NCBI GenBank assembly: GCA_012295275.1
Contig: CM022679.1
Span: 8,742,001 to 8,806,000, forward strand
DNA from: Chrysomallon squamiferum
Taxonomy: Eukaryota; Animalia; Mollusca
DNA length: 64,000 nucleotides
Direction: 5' to 3'
Positions 1 to 13,080 of the stretch are shown one piece after another. The stretch's first letter is position 1. Each line of letters opens with the position of its first letter. Both the position numbers and the translations under genes were made by a program. Below the pieces are notes generated by a model that had not been told where the DNA came from, did not search any database, and was given only the letters and a program-made list of their open reading frames with translations.

Positions 1-226
1 AACTTTGTTAAACTTCATAATCAGATCACCACTTCTTTTCTTCTATAACTCGTCAGTCAATATGGATACACTAAAATCTTTCAGCTCTTTTTGTGTCCTT
101 GTCATCTTGTTAATAGTTTAATTTTGTTTGACAAATAAATATTAAAGAATTCACCGTTTTCTGATTATTGGTAGAGACTGCAAATTGTATAATAAATTAC
201 TGCATGACAAGAAAGTTCCTACATAC

Positions 227-3200
227 CATCAAACTGAGAGGCTTTGAGTTTCAGTTCGGCTTGAAGATGAGTCAGTTGTTCTTTGAGTTCATAAATCTGT
301 TCTTGCTGGTTCTTGCATTTCCTGTCCAGATCTTCACACTGCCACAATGAAAATTACATCCGAAATAACTGATAATAACTACTGAACTAGTCATTATATT
401 ATGGAAAAGATTAGCCTGTATATCTTATCTGGTTCACTAAAATCACTATGATATGCAGAACAATGATGAGGTTAAGATTTTTTTTTTTTTTAAATTGTGG
501 TATATTTACCAACATAGTTATTAGATTAAAACCCTTTCTAAAATTTTTTTAAAAACAGACATTTAATTCCTCCTTTACTGAATACTTCTTAAATATTGTT
601 ACTGCAAACAAACTATAAAAATGTATGAGTATTAACCTAATTAAAGTGAAATAAATTGAATATGTCTAATAATTTCTTACCTTGATTCCAAGCTGTATGT
701 TTTTATCATTACTCTCAGACAACTCTCTCAGTAGTTTCATTTCCTCTGTGGCTCTGTCCTGAAATATTTGTAACTCAAATTTCAAATCTTTCCACTAAGA
801 TCAAAACATAATAATTTTGTTTTAGTCACGAAGGTGAACTACCGAAGACAGCAGAGATTATCTTATAATTATTATCCAAAAGGAAATAGATTATTTGACA
901 CTGCAGATGTTAGTTTTGTGTTCCTGTCAAATCAATATTATTGACTGTGATCAGATGAAATAAAAGAAGTTAAATACTTATCTCTCTTAATTATATTTTC
1001 ACACAGAAACAATAACAAAACATGTCTGAGAATTAGTTTAAAATGCCTGTCTATAAAATCTGTTTTTCAAAGCAGATTTCATAAATGATTCCAAAGTATT
1101 TTATAATTCATGAATAAGTAATTTAATATATTCAGTTTATGGATGGTAAATATTCAAATGTGTCACCTCTTTCTCTCTTCTGATTTCATTGACATGTGCA
1201 GCAGCCATATCTGACATTTCCTGTTTTAAACGAGCTATAACTGACTCCTGGTCATGAAGTCTCTGTTCAGCTAATACCAACTCTGATTCTGTCATAGACA
1301 ATCTGTAAAACAGTAAATATTACGGAAATAAAACATAAAATACTTCATCTAATAAAAATAATATATTTTATAAAAAATTTAAAAACAAAAAAAACAGAAA
1401 AAAACATCTGCCTCCTCAGAGTCCCATAATGAAAAAGAAAATCACAAGAACAGCAGATACATTTATTTAATAAATTCTTTGCTGCTAATTGCCAGAAGAA
1501 TCTGTTGTAATGGGTTTTCTGAGTATTAATATCAAAGTGTGTTGTGTCATTAAACAAAATATTACATTTTTCAACTAACTTAGCTGCAAGAGAATTGAAG
1601 GCTTTTTTCCTTTCTTCCAGAGCTTCCTGTAGCTTTGACATCTTCTGGGCTGAAGATCTGAAAACAACAACAAAAAAACAAAAATTATATTCTGTTTAAG
1701 AAAATTTCCACAATTCATGCTTCATAATGAAATAAGAGAAAAACTGGTTTAACTATTTATCAATTTCAAATTATTCTCGCAAAGTTCTACAGTATATCTG
1801 GTATTTATTGTTTTCCACAATGGCTTAACAAAATGATTGTTAGGTGAATGATATTTCCTGTCTGAGATAAACAAACTAGTGAATTATGTGAGCAGATATG
1901 CTTTCTAAAACTGGTCTCAGTCTCAAGATATTTCAGTATTAAAAAATAATATTTTGTTTTACCTTTTTGTTTTGCGTAGAAGATCTTCTTGACAATCAAT
2001 GGTATTCATTAAATCACCCATCTGAAAATAACAGAAGTATGAAATAATTAATTTGTATACATAGACATAATAACAAAGGCACTCTATGCTTGTGTATAAT
2101 GCAAATAAACTAAGGGAATATGTGGAGGCATCTGCAATTGTTCTAGAAAATATCCTCTTCCTTTTTATTAAATATATAATATTGCCTCAAAGAATAATTA
2201 GAATATATCTAGACTATAGACATCCTGAGTTTTAAAATGTTCTCAGGGGTGGACTGCAGAAGCCCAACACTCATGCCTTTGGCAGACATAATCCTATTTT
2301 TTTTTCTGAATACGTCTGTAATAATGTTTTAGTAAGGATTGAGAGAAATTTTGAAAAATTATATATTCACAGAAAAAATACAATCACTTGTAATTAAGAT
2401 TTATGATAAATTATTAAATTAAGAAAAAAGAGATTCATAAAATACAATTGGAGAATTTCTTTCTTTTTTTCTGTCATGGCTGTTTCATGTAACAGTAAGT
2501 ATAAAATTGCAGATACCTGTGTACATTTGTCCACTTCAATCTGCTTTATATGTCTGGTCAGTGTTTTTGTTCGTTTTGTTTGTTCTTCAGTCAATAGCTG
2601 TCGATCTACATTATTAGATATAGCAGTCTCTGAAATTACAATTAGCTTTTTTTTAATTCAATTTAAATTTTTTTAATACAACAAGATATATATGAAATCA
2701 AATTTTTTTTGTTTTGTATTACCTCACATTTTGTAATTTAAAGAAGAAAAAAGATAAATTTAGATTTTATCATAATCCTAATCCTTTAGACTTAAACAAT
2801 TCTAGATTTGCATTTCATCACAATTTGTAATTTGAAGAAGGAAAGAAAAAATAACTTACAGATTCTCATATTCTAAACTCTTTAGAAGTAATGAACATGC
2901 TATACAGTTTCAAGACTTACTAGCACATATGAATTAGTTTATTCTAATTATAAAACAAGTATTTATTCTAATATAGCTGAAGATGTTTCATTAACTCAAA
3001 AGGTAATTTGATTTTTTATATATATATATAAAACATAAGTAAACATTTTCTAATGGGGCACAAAAAAATATATTCTTTCACTTAAGTTTGTGAATATTTC
3101 ACTTGTAACAAACCTATAGATTTGAGAACATCTGATGGGATGTTGTTGCCAGCCAGCTCCAGTCTACTCAAAGTTTTATTAGTTTTTAGCATCTCAAGCA

Positions 3201-3481
3201 TAGCACGTCCACCCAACAGTCCAATGTTGTTCCATCGTAAGTCTAAAAAAAGTGGAAATATCTAAGTAAACTATAGGTGTCTTTTTTGACATTTACTCTT
3301 CTCCAGTTAAAAACAATATATAATTTGAAAAAAAAACACAGGTGGGCATGTAATCAGGGCCACGTTTAAGTAGAGGCCTGTATCAATATCATTTCAATTG
3401 GTATATAATAAAATAATATACTTAGTATGTGTGAAACAAAGCCTCAAAAGTTTATTATAAATCAGTCCCTCTCTGCCTGTT

Positions 3482-3530
<49 letters not shown>

Positions 3531-6355
3531 CATATGTTGTGATCACGTTTAGCTCATGTTAATGAAATTGAAAGATATTTTAAAATTAATTTAATTACCT
3601 AATGCTTTCAGGAAACAGTTCCGTTTGAGATTTGTTGCTAATTCTGCTGCACCTTCATGGTTAATCTGATTGTTTCTCAAGTCCAGTGCCTGGAGATTCC
3701 TGTTACAGCCCAAAGCGTCACAGAAAACGGTAAAAGAATCTTCCAGCAAGCCTAGAGCATTCCATTCAAGACATAAACTGAAACAAAATAGCAACATTCA
3801 ACAGTAAGGAACTGAATAATATAAATAAACTTCTTTTACATAATATTCAGGCTAGAAATTCTTCGCATGAAGAGAGCAGATTCATGATATAGGAATATTG
3901 ATTCTTTTTGCATATTAAAAAAGTGTCATTGTAACAATCAAATTATCATTCAGTCAAAAAGAGGAGACACCACCAGCCAAATATTCCTACAGTGACTCAT
4001 ATAACACTACTGAACTGACACTGAAGAAAAATTTCAATAAATTAACAAGAAAGGAAAAATCCAAAAGTTTGTGATAAAATTTAACTAACAAACCTTATTA
4101 AAGTGTTATTTTTTTGTAGCATCTTTCCAACTGCTTCAGCACCTAAGCCCCGAATATTATTGCCCTGAAAAAAAAAATAATAATAATTTTAAAACCATAT
4201 GCTATAGAATCTTGTCTTGAAACCAACCACCAAAAAATGGAATCCATAGTTTCTCTATGCATGTAAATAATCTCAATTTACCAGACCAAAAGAACATTCT
4301 GTCTGTATTTAATATGACCATCTTGTCCAATCAGGGGAGGAAAATCAAGTAATTAATTTTAACCTAATTTCATGGTAATTCTATCTAATGGTCTAATAAA
4401 AATTAAATGATCCTTAAGTCATATTTAATTAATGGTTTTTTTTTGTTTTGTTTTTATCCTAACACAAATCTATATTATATCTCAAGTAACGTATCACTTT
4501 TAAAAATAAATACATTTCTCAAATTACAATTTACTACTGAATTTTCATAAAGCTATACCTTCAGATCCAGCTTCTTGCAGTATGAGTTGATGGAAAATCC
4601 ATGACAAAGACCTTTGATTGCTAAAAAATTAATTCTGTTGTTAAATATATCAATAAAAAAAAAAAATAATAAATTATAAAATTTAATATGAAGTAAAATT
4701 TTAATATTAACTTGGGATTAAAATTGATATACACAGACACAGAAACAAATAACATATAATTTACATATTGGACTGAAACTAAAGTTTGTAGCATTTTTCA
4801 GTAGGTGGTGTTTAAGGGTGTGATTTTGCTTTATGTGTGACTTAAATATATGACATATTATGAAAGGTAAACAAAATGGCACAAAGTATATGGCTGATTA
4901 AATCTATGTACAGATATCTCTACAATTCCACTTGAAAAATGATTTTGAACATTTGTTCCAACCCAATGCAACTAATGCATATGTGCAAATACTGACATAT
5001 TTTCATACATGTGGCAATGCGATATTTTAAATTATTTTCAAAAGGTTAATGTTGTGCAGTTTTATTTGTTTTAGCTTTGTCATTAGAACCCCAAAACAGG
5101 CATGCACAGTAGCAATATTTTCCACTAGCCTTTCTTTTTACCTGTTACGGACAGAAACTGATAAAAGATTTGTAATTCATTAGAAGTTAACAGATAATAT
5201 ACACTCATCCTTACTGATGCCTGTGATGCCTATAGACTCTCATAGCTCATACATGTGGGTAAAAACAATATAAAAAAAAATTAAAAATTTGTAAGAGAAT
5301 AAAACCATCTACCCAAATCCTGCAATGTTAGCATTAAACATTAATAGCCATACTGCTATGCTATAGACAACACATAAACAAACAGATGCATATGTAGAAA
5401 ACAATAATAAATAAAAAAGGGGAAAATATTCATAAATTATGAAAATATTATAAAAATTCAATTATTACCATCTTCATTCAACATGCAGTCTGAAAACTTT
5501 AATTCAACAAAGGTGCGATCAAGTGACAACAGTTTTCCAAGTACTGCACAGGTTTTAGCTGACAGAGAGTTAGCTGATAAATCAAGTACAGCTTTGTCAC
5601 AACAAAAACTGTAAAAAAACAACAAAAAAAAATACATCAGTTTGATTTGTTTCAATATAAGAAATTACTGCACAATACTATTAAAAAACTTTCTCTCTCT
5701 CTCTCTCTCTCTCTCTCATTCTTGCAATCATGGAGAGAGAAACAGACTGTTAATTTCATAAAATGATAAACAATCCAGCAATTTTATAATTAAAAGGGTT
5801 TTTTGTTTGTACAAAAAGCAGTAATATAACAAACAGCTTTAAAATTAATTTTTAATATGCTTGTTTGATATATTTAATGTGCTTAATTTCCAAATTCATC
5901 CAACAATTACAAAAATTTTATCTAAATGGAGGTGATTGTATTAATAATTTCTTGAAACTGTATGAATTTTATGATATTTAATTTATATATTTAATATCTT
6001 TCTTTAATTTTATATGTAAATGTTTCTTAATAAAAAATAATAATAAAATAAAATAAAATAACCATGACAGTTAAATGTTGATGCATCATTGTAGTTTTTA
6101 TCAATTTAAAATCTGGTTTTAAAACAGACTACATTAAATATAAAAGATGACCTAATTAAAATATTCATCATTGACTTTTCTTCTCTTTCTCTACCTGGAA
6201 TCTATTTCTATTTCACTGACACTGAAGCTGAATTTTAATGTATGAAAGCAGTAAGACATTCAATCTTACCTTTTCAGTTTTAGCAAAACACAATCTTGAA
6301 CTTCAACATGGTTGTCCTTACATAAACGTACATATGTGTGTTTAAAATCATCCAT
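227..6355 (-). CDS. LRRC45: Leucine-rich repeat-containing protein 45 (centrosome linker), 3'-partial; gene continues past base 1
   Basis: Phase-consistent GT-AG exons (minus): 6270-6355, [candidate microexon 6195-6221], 5469-5608, 4559-4620, 4094-4164, 3599-3777, 3114-3242, 2517-2629, 1963-2021, 1580-1657, 1167-1302, 681-758, 227-338. Translation [24 protein letters not shown]...[20 protein letters not shown]...SDCMLNED...[20 protein letters not shown]...LEWNALG...[17 protein letters not shown]...[17 protein letters not shown]...[13 protein letters not shown], then coiled coil. This is colinear with human LRRC45 as recalled. Confidence 0.93.
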
Positions 6356-6699
6356 TCTGAAAAGTAATAATTTTCTGTTAAAAAAACAACTATATATATA
6401 TTAAATAATAATAATAATAATAATAATAAAACATTTAATATCATGTATCAAAAATACAATGTTCTATCAATAATAATGTAACTGTTTGATCTGACAAGCA
6501 AAAGAAAGCCACAATAGTTCTATGTAACTGTTTATATTTACACTAGCAACAGAACAACAAATCGTTACAAATCACCTCAAAATATTTATGTAAAGTGTGT
6601 GTGTGTATATATTATTATTAATATAAATAATTTAGTATGTTATATTGTTACAGGATGTATTCACGTTTCAAATAACACTCTAAATTATTAGGAAATTAC

Positions 6700-7427
6700 C
6701 AATCTTTTGAGTTTATCCCGTCTGTCCTAAACTATCTTTACTGGCCGCCATCAAAGACACAATAACACACAAATTCATAGTAATAACTGTCAAATGAACT
6801 TAAAATAATTAATAATTAAACTATTTATTTTAATCTAGTCTGACTAGTGCATATTTTGTTTTTAAAAATCTACATTATTGTGATAAATATTACACGATTT
6901 TTATTACGCTGCTATTACAATTGCGTTTTATTAATGCAATATATGAAAATTTTGAAAAGACTGATTACGTACATCACAATGAATCAGAATTTCTGAGACA
7001 GAAAATCTATTTCAGTTACTGTTCAACGCCATATTGAAAACAAGGACGCTTTACTTTCATAATGTTTTTGAAAAAAAGAGTGCTACTGTCCCTTTCTATG
7101 ATGCGCCATTAAGGTCCTCTTTCTCAGCAATTTAGTTTGATTTTATTCGATGCATGGTTAATTAAAGCTTGTAACTGAAAATCAAATTTGAAAATGAAAA
7201 GAAAAGAAATAAGATAAATACAATTTATATAAGCAAAAGAGAAACATTCATTGTATTTGTAATCTTAGTAACTGAACACGGAATATTTCCGAATAGTTTG
7301 CATGCAATATCATAATATGCCCAACCGTAACAAAATATCCAAGTAAACGAAAACTGGACTAACAGTTAAACAATAGTCTTATTCGAACTGTATTTGTTTA
7401 AATCGTGTACAATAATATTACCCAAAG

Positions 7428-7485
<58 letters not shown>

Positions 7486-7597
7486 CGCAGAATATTTTTC
7501 ACGTAGAAAAGGAGAGTTTTGTCCCGAATCTGTTTCCATACATTTTGTCTTCCCGTGACGAAACTTTCACTTTCTTCGAGAACTCTGAAGTAAACTT
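6700..7597. promoter_or_regulatory. Divergent (bidirectional) promoter region LRRC45/LRRC20 with YY1-like CGCCAT motifs; probable non-coding first exon of LRRC45 ending at the donor at 6700
   Basis: The LRRC45 ATG exon has an acceptor 1 nt before the ATG, so an upstream exon is required. Minus-strand donor TTG|GTAAT at 6700/6699. CGCCAT motifs at ~6746, ~7027 and ~7104, and locally raised CpG content. Confidence 0.55.
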
Positions 7598-8509
7598 ATG
7601 TCTGGAAAAGACGTAACGAGAGTTGTAAACAAATGTCGACAAGCTAAAGAAGATGGTCGTTTGGGTAATCAAAATATTTTTAAATGTGTCATTACACTAT
7701 TAATATTAAACTGTAGGAGAATGAACACAGTAAAATCGCCAAAGTCGATGCGTAGAAGAAACAGCGTAATAGCAGCTTGATAGTGATAGCACTCGTTTGT
7801 TTTTATGAGGGTGGAAAACATCAACAAACAAATTATATGCATTTCATGCTGCATGAATATAAATTTAATAATGTTAAATTATTAATTTAATAGTTATTGT
7901 ATTTGAAATATTTTCATTATTATTTTAATATTTTTTAAATAGTTTAATATTATTTTCAAAATAATAATAATAATAATTTAATTAAAGAAAAGAAAATTTA
8001 AAAAAAGAGAACAGATTCCTTATAAGAATTACGTTTTTAAAGAAAATGCAAAACATAAAATGAGCATGAGATTTCTGGTACTTATTATATATAAACTTAT
8101 TGCTGGATTTAAAAAAAAAAAAAAAAAAAAACCCACATAAACCCCACAAAAAACCAGTTATAAATAAAATAAATAAAAAATGTTCATAAATAAATAAATA
8201 AAATGCACATATATAAAATGGTATAACTAATTTAAGAAGCACATAAATAAATAAATAAAATTAGACAAATAATTAAAAATACGCATAAATAAATAGATTT
8301 TAATATAGTTAGTATTGTTTTATTCAACCTTCAGATCTGTCAGACTGTCAGCTGACACAGATACCTGATGCTATTTACATGTTAATGGGAAGCACTCCTC
8401 TGGAAACATGCAACCTGTCGCGAAATCTCATCAGATCAATCCCTCCCAAACTCTGTACCACCTTCCACCAAGTCACAGGTAGAAAGACTTAAATTTATAT
8501 TTATAAAAT

Positions 8510-8550
<41 letters not shown>

Positions 8551-9767
8551 GTCAAATAATATGACATGTTTTTAAAACATTTATGTTAACAGTATACATA
8601 TTATATTTTACTGTTTTATCTGATTAATACCAGATTGTTTGCCTTGTTTAATGCAAGTACATTAACTACAGATGAGCAGTCACTCAGAAAAACATAGAGA
8701 CAGAGAGATAATCCGATAATATAATATAAAGGGCTTACTCCCATCTGGTCGAAAGGCTAAATATGGTTCAGTGGTCTTATTGACTAGCATGTTTTTATCT
8801 CAGTCATTATAACTGAACTGTTCAAGATTATTTTGAAACTGATTGTTATTGTATAGATACAGTAATACCTTGCTTAATGATATCAAGCTTTAACGATCTT
8901 TTTTTTTTTACAAATTATTTAAATAGAAATTTAATAGTTAATTGCTCAAAATAAATTATACAAATGAGTACAAGGCATGTATTTAAGTCCATCTTCGTTT
9001 GTTTTTCATTCAGTCACAACCTTCCCTCAGTTGTGTTGATCAGTTGACATACAGACATCATGCATGCATGTGGTGTTCAGATTCTCTTTTCTCTTCTGCT
9101 TCCATTTAGACTTAACACTTTTGTAATTTATCCTTCCAGTATGTCAAAACGAATAACAGTACACGGGCAAAAATTGATGATAAAAAGAAATGCAAGAAAA
9201 TAACTTTAGAAACAAAATATGATATCTTAAATGAACACAAAACCCACAAAAATGAACCCACAATGAGCAGCATGTAATTATTTCTTAATGTATTTGTATA
9301 AGTTGATTTGCAAATGATTTACTGTTTGTTTAATATCTATGATCTATTAAATCCTTTATGTCTAAATTTCCATTTTATTTCTCCTTATTTGACATTTCTT
9401 TGAAACCAATTACATCGTTCATCTGAGATATTACTGTAGTATGGATATAGCTTATTGCATAAAGTATGCAAATATGAAAATATTGAAATAGTCCATGTAC
9501 TGAATGTAGTTGAATGTAAATAATTGAAAAAGAAGATGTTTACCTAAAAAAAAATCATATTAAAAACACATGTATCTGATGTTTCAGTAAGTTCAGTAAC
9601 AGGTACAGTGTTATAATAATATTGTACAAATCTAGAATTTTTTCTGTGATGTGTTTAATGAAATGTGTTTTTAATTGAAATTAAAATATAGGATTTTTTG
9701 TTTTGTTGTTTTTTTGTTACTTTTTTAATGGAAAGAAAATGTTGATGAATTAGAAATGACTAGATTA

Positions 9768-9810
<43 letters not shown>

Positions 9811-11093
9811 TTAATGATGATGATAATGATGATAATAATAATAATAAGAAGAAGAAGAAGTAAATAATCTACAACAAATGAGCAGTGAACACTTGTTCTG
9901 CTTTTGGTTCATATTACATAATCAATTTACAAAAAATGTTAGAATCAAGTGCCAACTTTTATGGCAGCAGAAGAAGAATAAAGAAACCAGATAATGATAT
10001 ATTTGTAAATAAACCATTGTCCATCTATAATAAAATCTTGTATGAACATGAAGAGGCCAAGTTAATTGTATACAGAGGTAATCAGGTATTTGGGTAGACG
10101 AGTTATTTTGACAAACTGGGAATTCAACCAGATGGGAAGACACCATATAAAGCATTAATGGCAACATGTTTCAGAAACAGAAAGAGAGAGAGAGCGCCAC
10201 AGACAATATAATTTAAATAATAACTTTTACCTTTATCAGGTAAGGGACATCATTATTTAAATTATTTGTCTGTAATAAAGGTAATCAATTTGCACATTGT
10301 ATTTTGCAGTTTTACATCTGAATGGTAACAGATTGTCTACCTTGCCTAACTCTCTAGCACAAATGTCAAGACTTTCTGATTTGGACATTTCCAGTAATAA
10401 CTTTCAGAATCTCCCAGAAATAATTTTTTCTTTCTCTCATCTTCATCGTCTTAATGCTGAAAACAATAATATATCGGGTAATAGATTTCTATTTAGAATG
10501 AATAATTTGCTATTGCTTTACTGATACAAGTTATATCCTGTATTTTTTTTAACATTCTTATTTTAACACACAGCAAAATTTGAAATGATTAGTATTTGAA
10601 ATATTGTTATACTTTCATTCATATTTGAAAATTTTATATTTAATATATACAAACATGCCTACATAAATACTCATGCATATATACACACAATTACACACAT
10701 AATACATGACCAATATGATAAAAATCTATAGATATATAACAAACATACAAAAATATATAAATACATAAATATGTATACACACACACATCCTATACATACA
10801 TATGTTCAGGCATATATATTCATGGATGTGTTTCTGTGTGTTTGTTTATATCTCAGTCTATAACAATATCTTTATGTGTTTGTGTGTGTGTGTTTACCTA
10901 TGTAAGTATGTATACATATGCTATTGTTATTTTAGATGTGAACACAGAGAGACTGCAGTCTCTTTCAGCCTTGGATGAGGTTAACTTTGAGAGCAATCCA
11001 CTGACTTCTGCTGTGTACAGTCAGCTGATAAATATCAAAAGTTTTACAGTTCTAGTCACACCACAGGACTCAGAATTAGATTCTGTTGATTGA
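7598..11093 (+). CDS. LRRC20: Leucine-rich repeat-containing protein 20, 4 exons, 178 aa
   Basis: Exons 7598-7664, 8335-8478, 10310-10477, 10936-11093 (537 nt, all introns phase 1). MSGKDVTRVVNKCRQAKEDGRLDLSDCQLTQIPDAIYMLM...NLSRNLIRSIPPKLCTTFHQVTVLHLNGNRLSTLP...LDISSNNFQNLPE...LNAENNNISDVNTERLQSLSALDEVNFESNPL, which matches LRRC20 architecture and length. Confidence 0.9.
8858..9438 (+). mobile_element. Non-autonomous Tigger/pogo-like (Tc1/mariner superfamily) DNA transposon in LRRC20 intron 2
   Basis: TA|CAGTAATACCT at 8858 and AGATATTACTG|TA ending at 9438 form imperfect TIRs with a TA target duplication. An internal fragment from ~9176 reads DDKKKCKKITLETKYDILNEHK, like the N-terminal HTH_psq of pogo/Tigger transposases. 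Confidence 0.7.
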
Positions 11094-11137
11094 ACATAAC
11101 GAAAACTGTAAAAAAAAAAATTAATAATAATAATAAG

Positions 11138-11177
<40 letters not shown>

Positions 11178-12419
11178 AATGTATTTAAAAAAAAAAAAAA
11201 ACCTCCAACACCTGTGTAACTGATATCTTCAAACAGAAAAAAAAAAAAAAATAAAAAAAAATACAAACACACAACTAAAACATGTAACTGATCTATGTAA
11301 GATGTAGAGCAACTTAAACATGAAGAACCTATACTTTAAAAAAACAACAAAAATAAAACACGAACCAAATATACAAATGCAAGATATGTTACTGCAGAGA
11401 AATTAAAATACAAGAAAAATGTTATTTATATTAACTCAAAATTCACGAACTGTTGTGCATCTTAAGAAGTACACATGTTGACTGTTAAATGAACAACAAA
11501 TAGATGGAACGTTGTTTAAAAAGATAGCTTCAAAAAATTATTTTTAATTCAAGCATTTATAAAACTGAATCATGTACATGCATTTAAAAACAAATTAAAT
11601 AAAATTAAAATAATAATAATAATAATAATAATCCAAAAATAAATTTAAAAAATTATAATCAAAAGAAAGTTATTTCTCGATATGATTGAAATTTTTTTGA
11701 GGGATTTAACATTTTAAAAAAATATTTTTTAAATCTCATTCATGGCTGTGTTAGTAAATATGTTTAAACTTAATCTTAAGCTTTCCATTATATTTTATTT
11801 CATTTTTTTTATAGTATATTTTATTTAACTTTTTCTGCTGGCAAATATTAATTATTTATTTATGTATTTATTTATAAAAAGAATTTTAATTAAAAAACAA
11901 CAACATTATACAGATACTGCTGTATTCGGTTTTGTTGAACTTTTTAACTTTGAAGAAAAATACTTCTCCCAATATTCAGGAATTATGTTCTGTTTTAAAT
12001 TCTTTTCAATGTGTTATAATTTATGATTTGATGATACTATCATATACTGACACAAAATATATTATTTCCCAATATTGTTTAGTATCATTATGTTTTGTGC
12101 TAAAATGTAAATGATATTTAATACAATTGTGTATTTATTGTGATTTAAATAGAAAAATAATGTTCAGATCAATGCTCAATGAATAGGTTTTCAATAATCA
12201 AGGCTGCCATAAAATGTTAATTTTTCTTCAATGAATCTGTAAGAAAGGATATGATTAATAGCATTTATTAACAACAAACCCTACCCAAAATACCAACAAC
12301 CCAACAACACAAAATCCACCATAACAAAACAGAATCAAAGTAGAATAATAATGTAAAATATATGAGCTTGTACCTAATTTTTATTGATATTTTACTGAAA
12401 TGTGTAAATAATTATTACT

Positions 12420-13080
12420 TTTCTTTTCTGTTATTTTATCTTACTGTTTTACTTTTTTTAATGTTTTAGTTTTCATTTTTTATCTTTATCTTTCTGTTTT
12501 AATTTTCTCTGTTCTTTTTCTTTATCAAACTTTTTACATTTCTTTATTCTATTTCTTTATCTTTTTATTTTATTTTTCTTTGTTCTACCTCTTTATCTTG
12601 CTGTTTTACTTTCCTTTATTCTTTATCTTACTGTTTTATAGTACTAATTTTTGTTCTGTTCTATTATTTTAGTGTTTTACAATACTTTCTTTTGTTTTAT
12701 ATTTTTGTCTTATTTATTATTTTATTTTATCATTTTTACTACTGTTATATTTCATTATATTTCATTACTGTTACACAAAATAATTTTTCTTTATTCTGTA
12801 TCTTTATCTTACTGTTTTACTTTTCTGTATTCTATTTATTTATTTTACTGTTATACTTGTTCTTTATCTTACTGTTTTCTTTGTCTTACTGTTTTCTTTA
12901 TCTTATTGTTTTCTTTGTTCCGTTTCATTTTACTGTATTGCATATTTTTCTTTGTTCTATTTGTTAGTTTTTCTTTTCATTTTTCTGATCTGTATGTTAG
13001 TTTTATTCTTTTTACTATTTTACTTTTTTATCTTACTTGTATCTTTATCTTACTGTTTTACAAAACTTTTCTTTATTTAT
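12420..13080. repeat. T-rich degenerate tandem repeat (core TCTTTATCTTACTGTTTT)
   Basis: The core motif recurs many times. The overlapping F/L/Y-rich ORFs are compositional artefacts. Confidence 0.7.

Noticed and set aside
9885-10167. Overlapping ORFs in LRRC20 intron 2
   Set aside because: No recognisable domain or splice-phase fit; possibly transposon debris.
7598-11093. LRR gene near slo as a possible BK gamma subunit
   Set aside because: Gamma subunits (LRRC26/38/52/55) have a signal peptide and a transmembrane helix; LRRC20 and LRRC45 here have neither.
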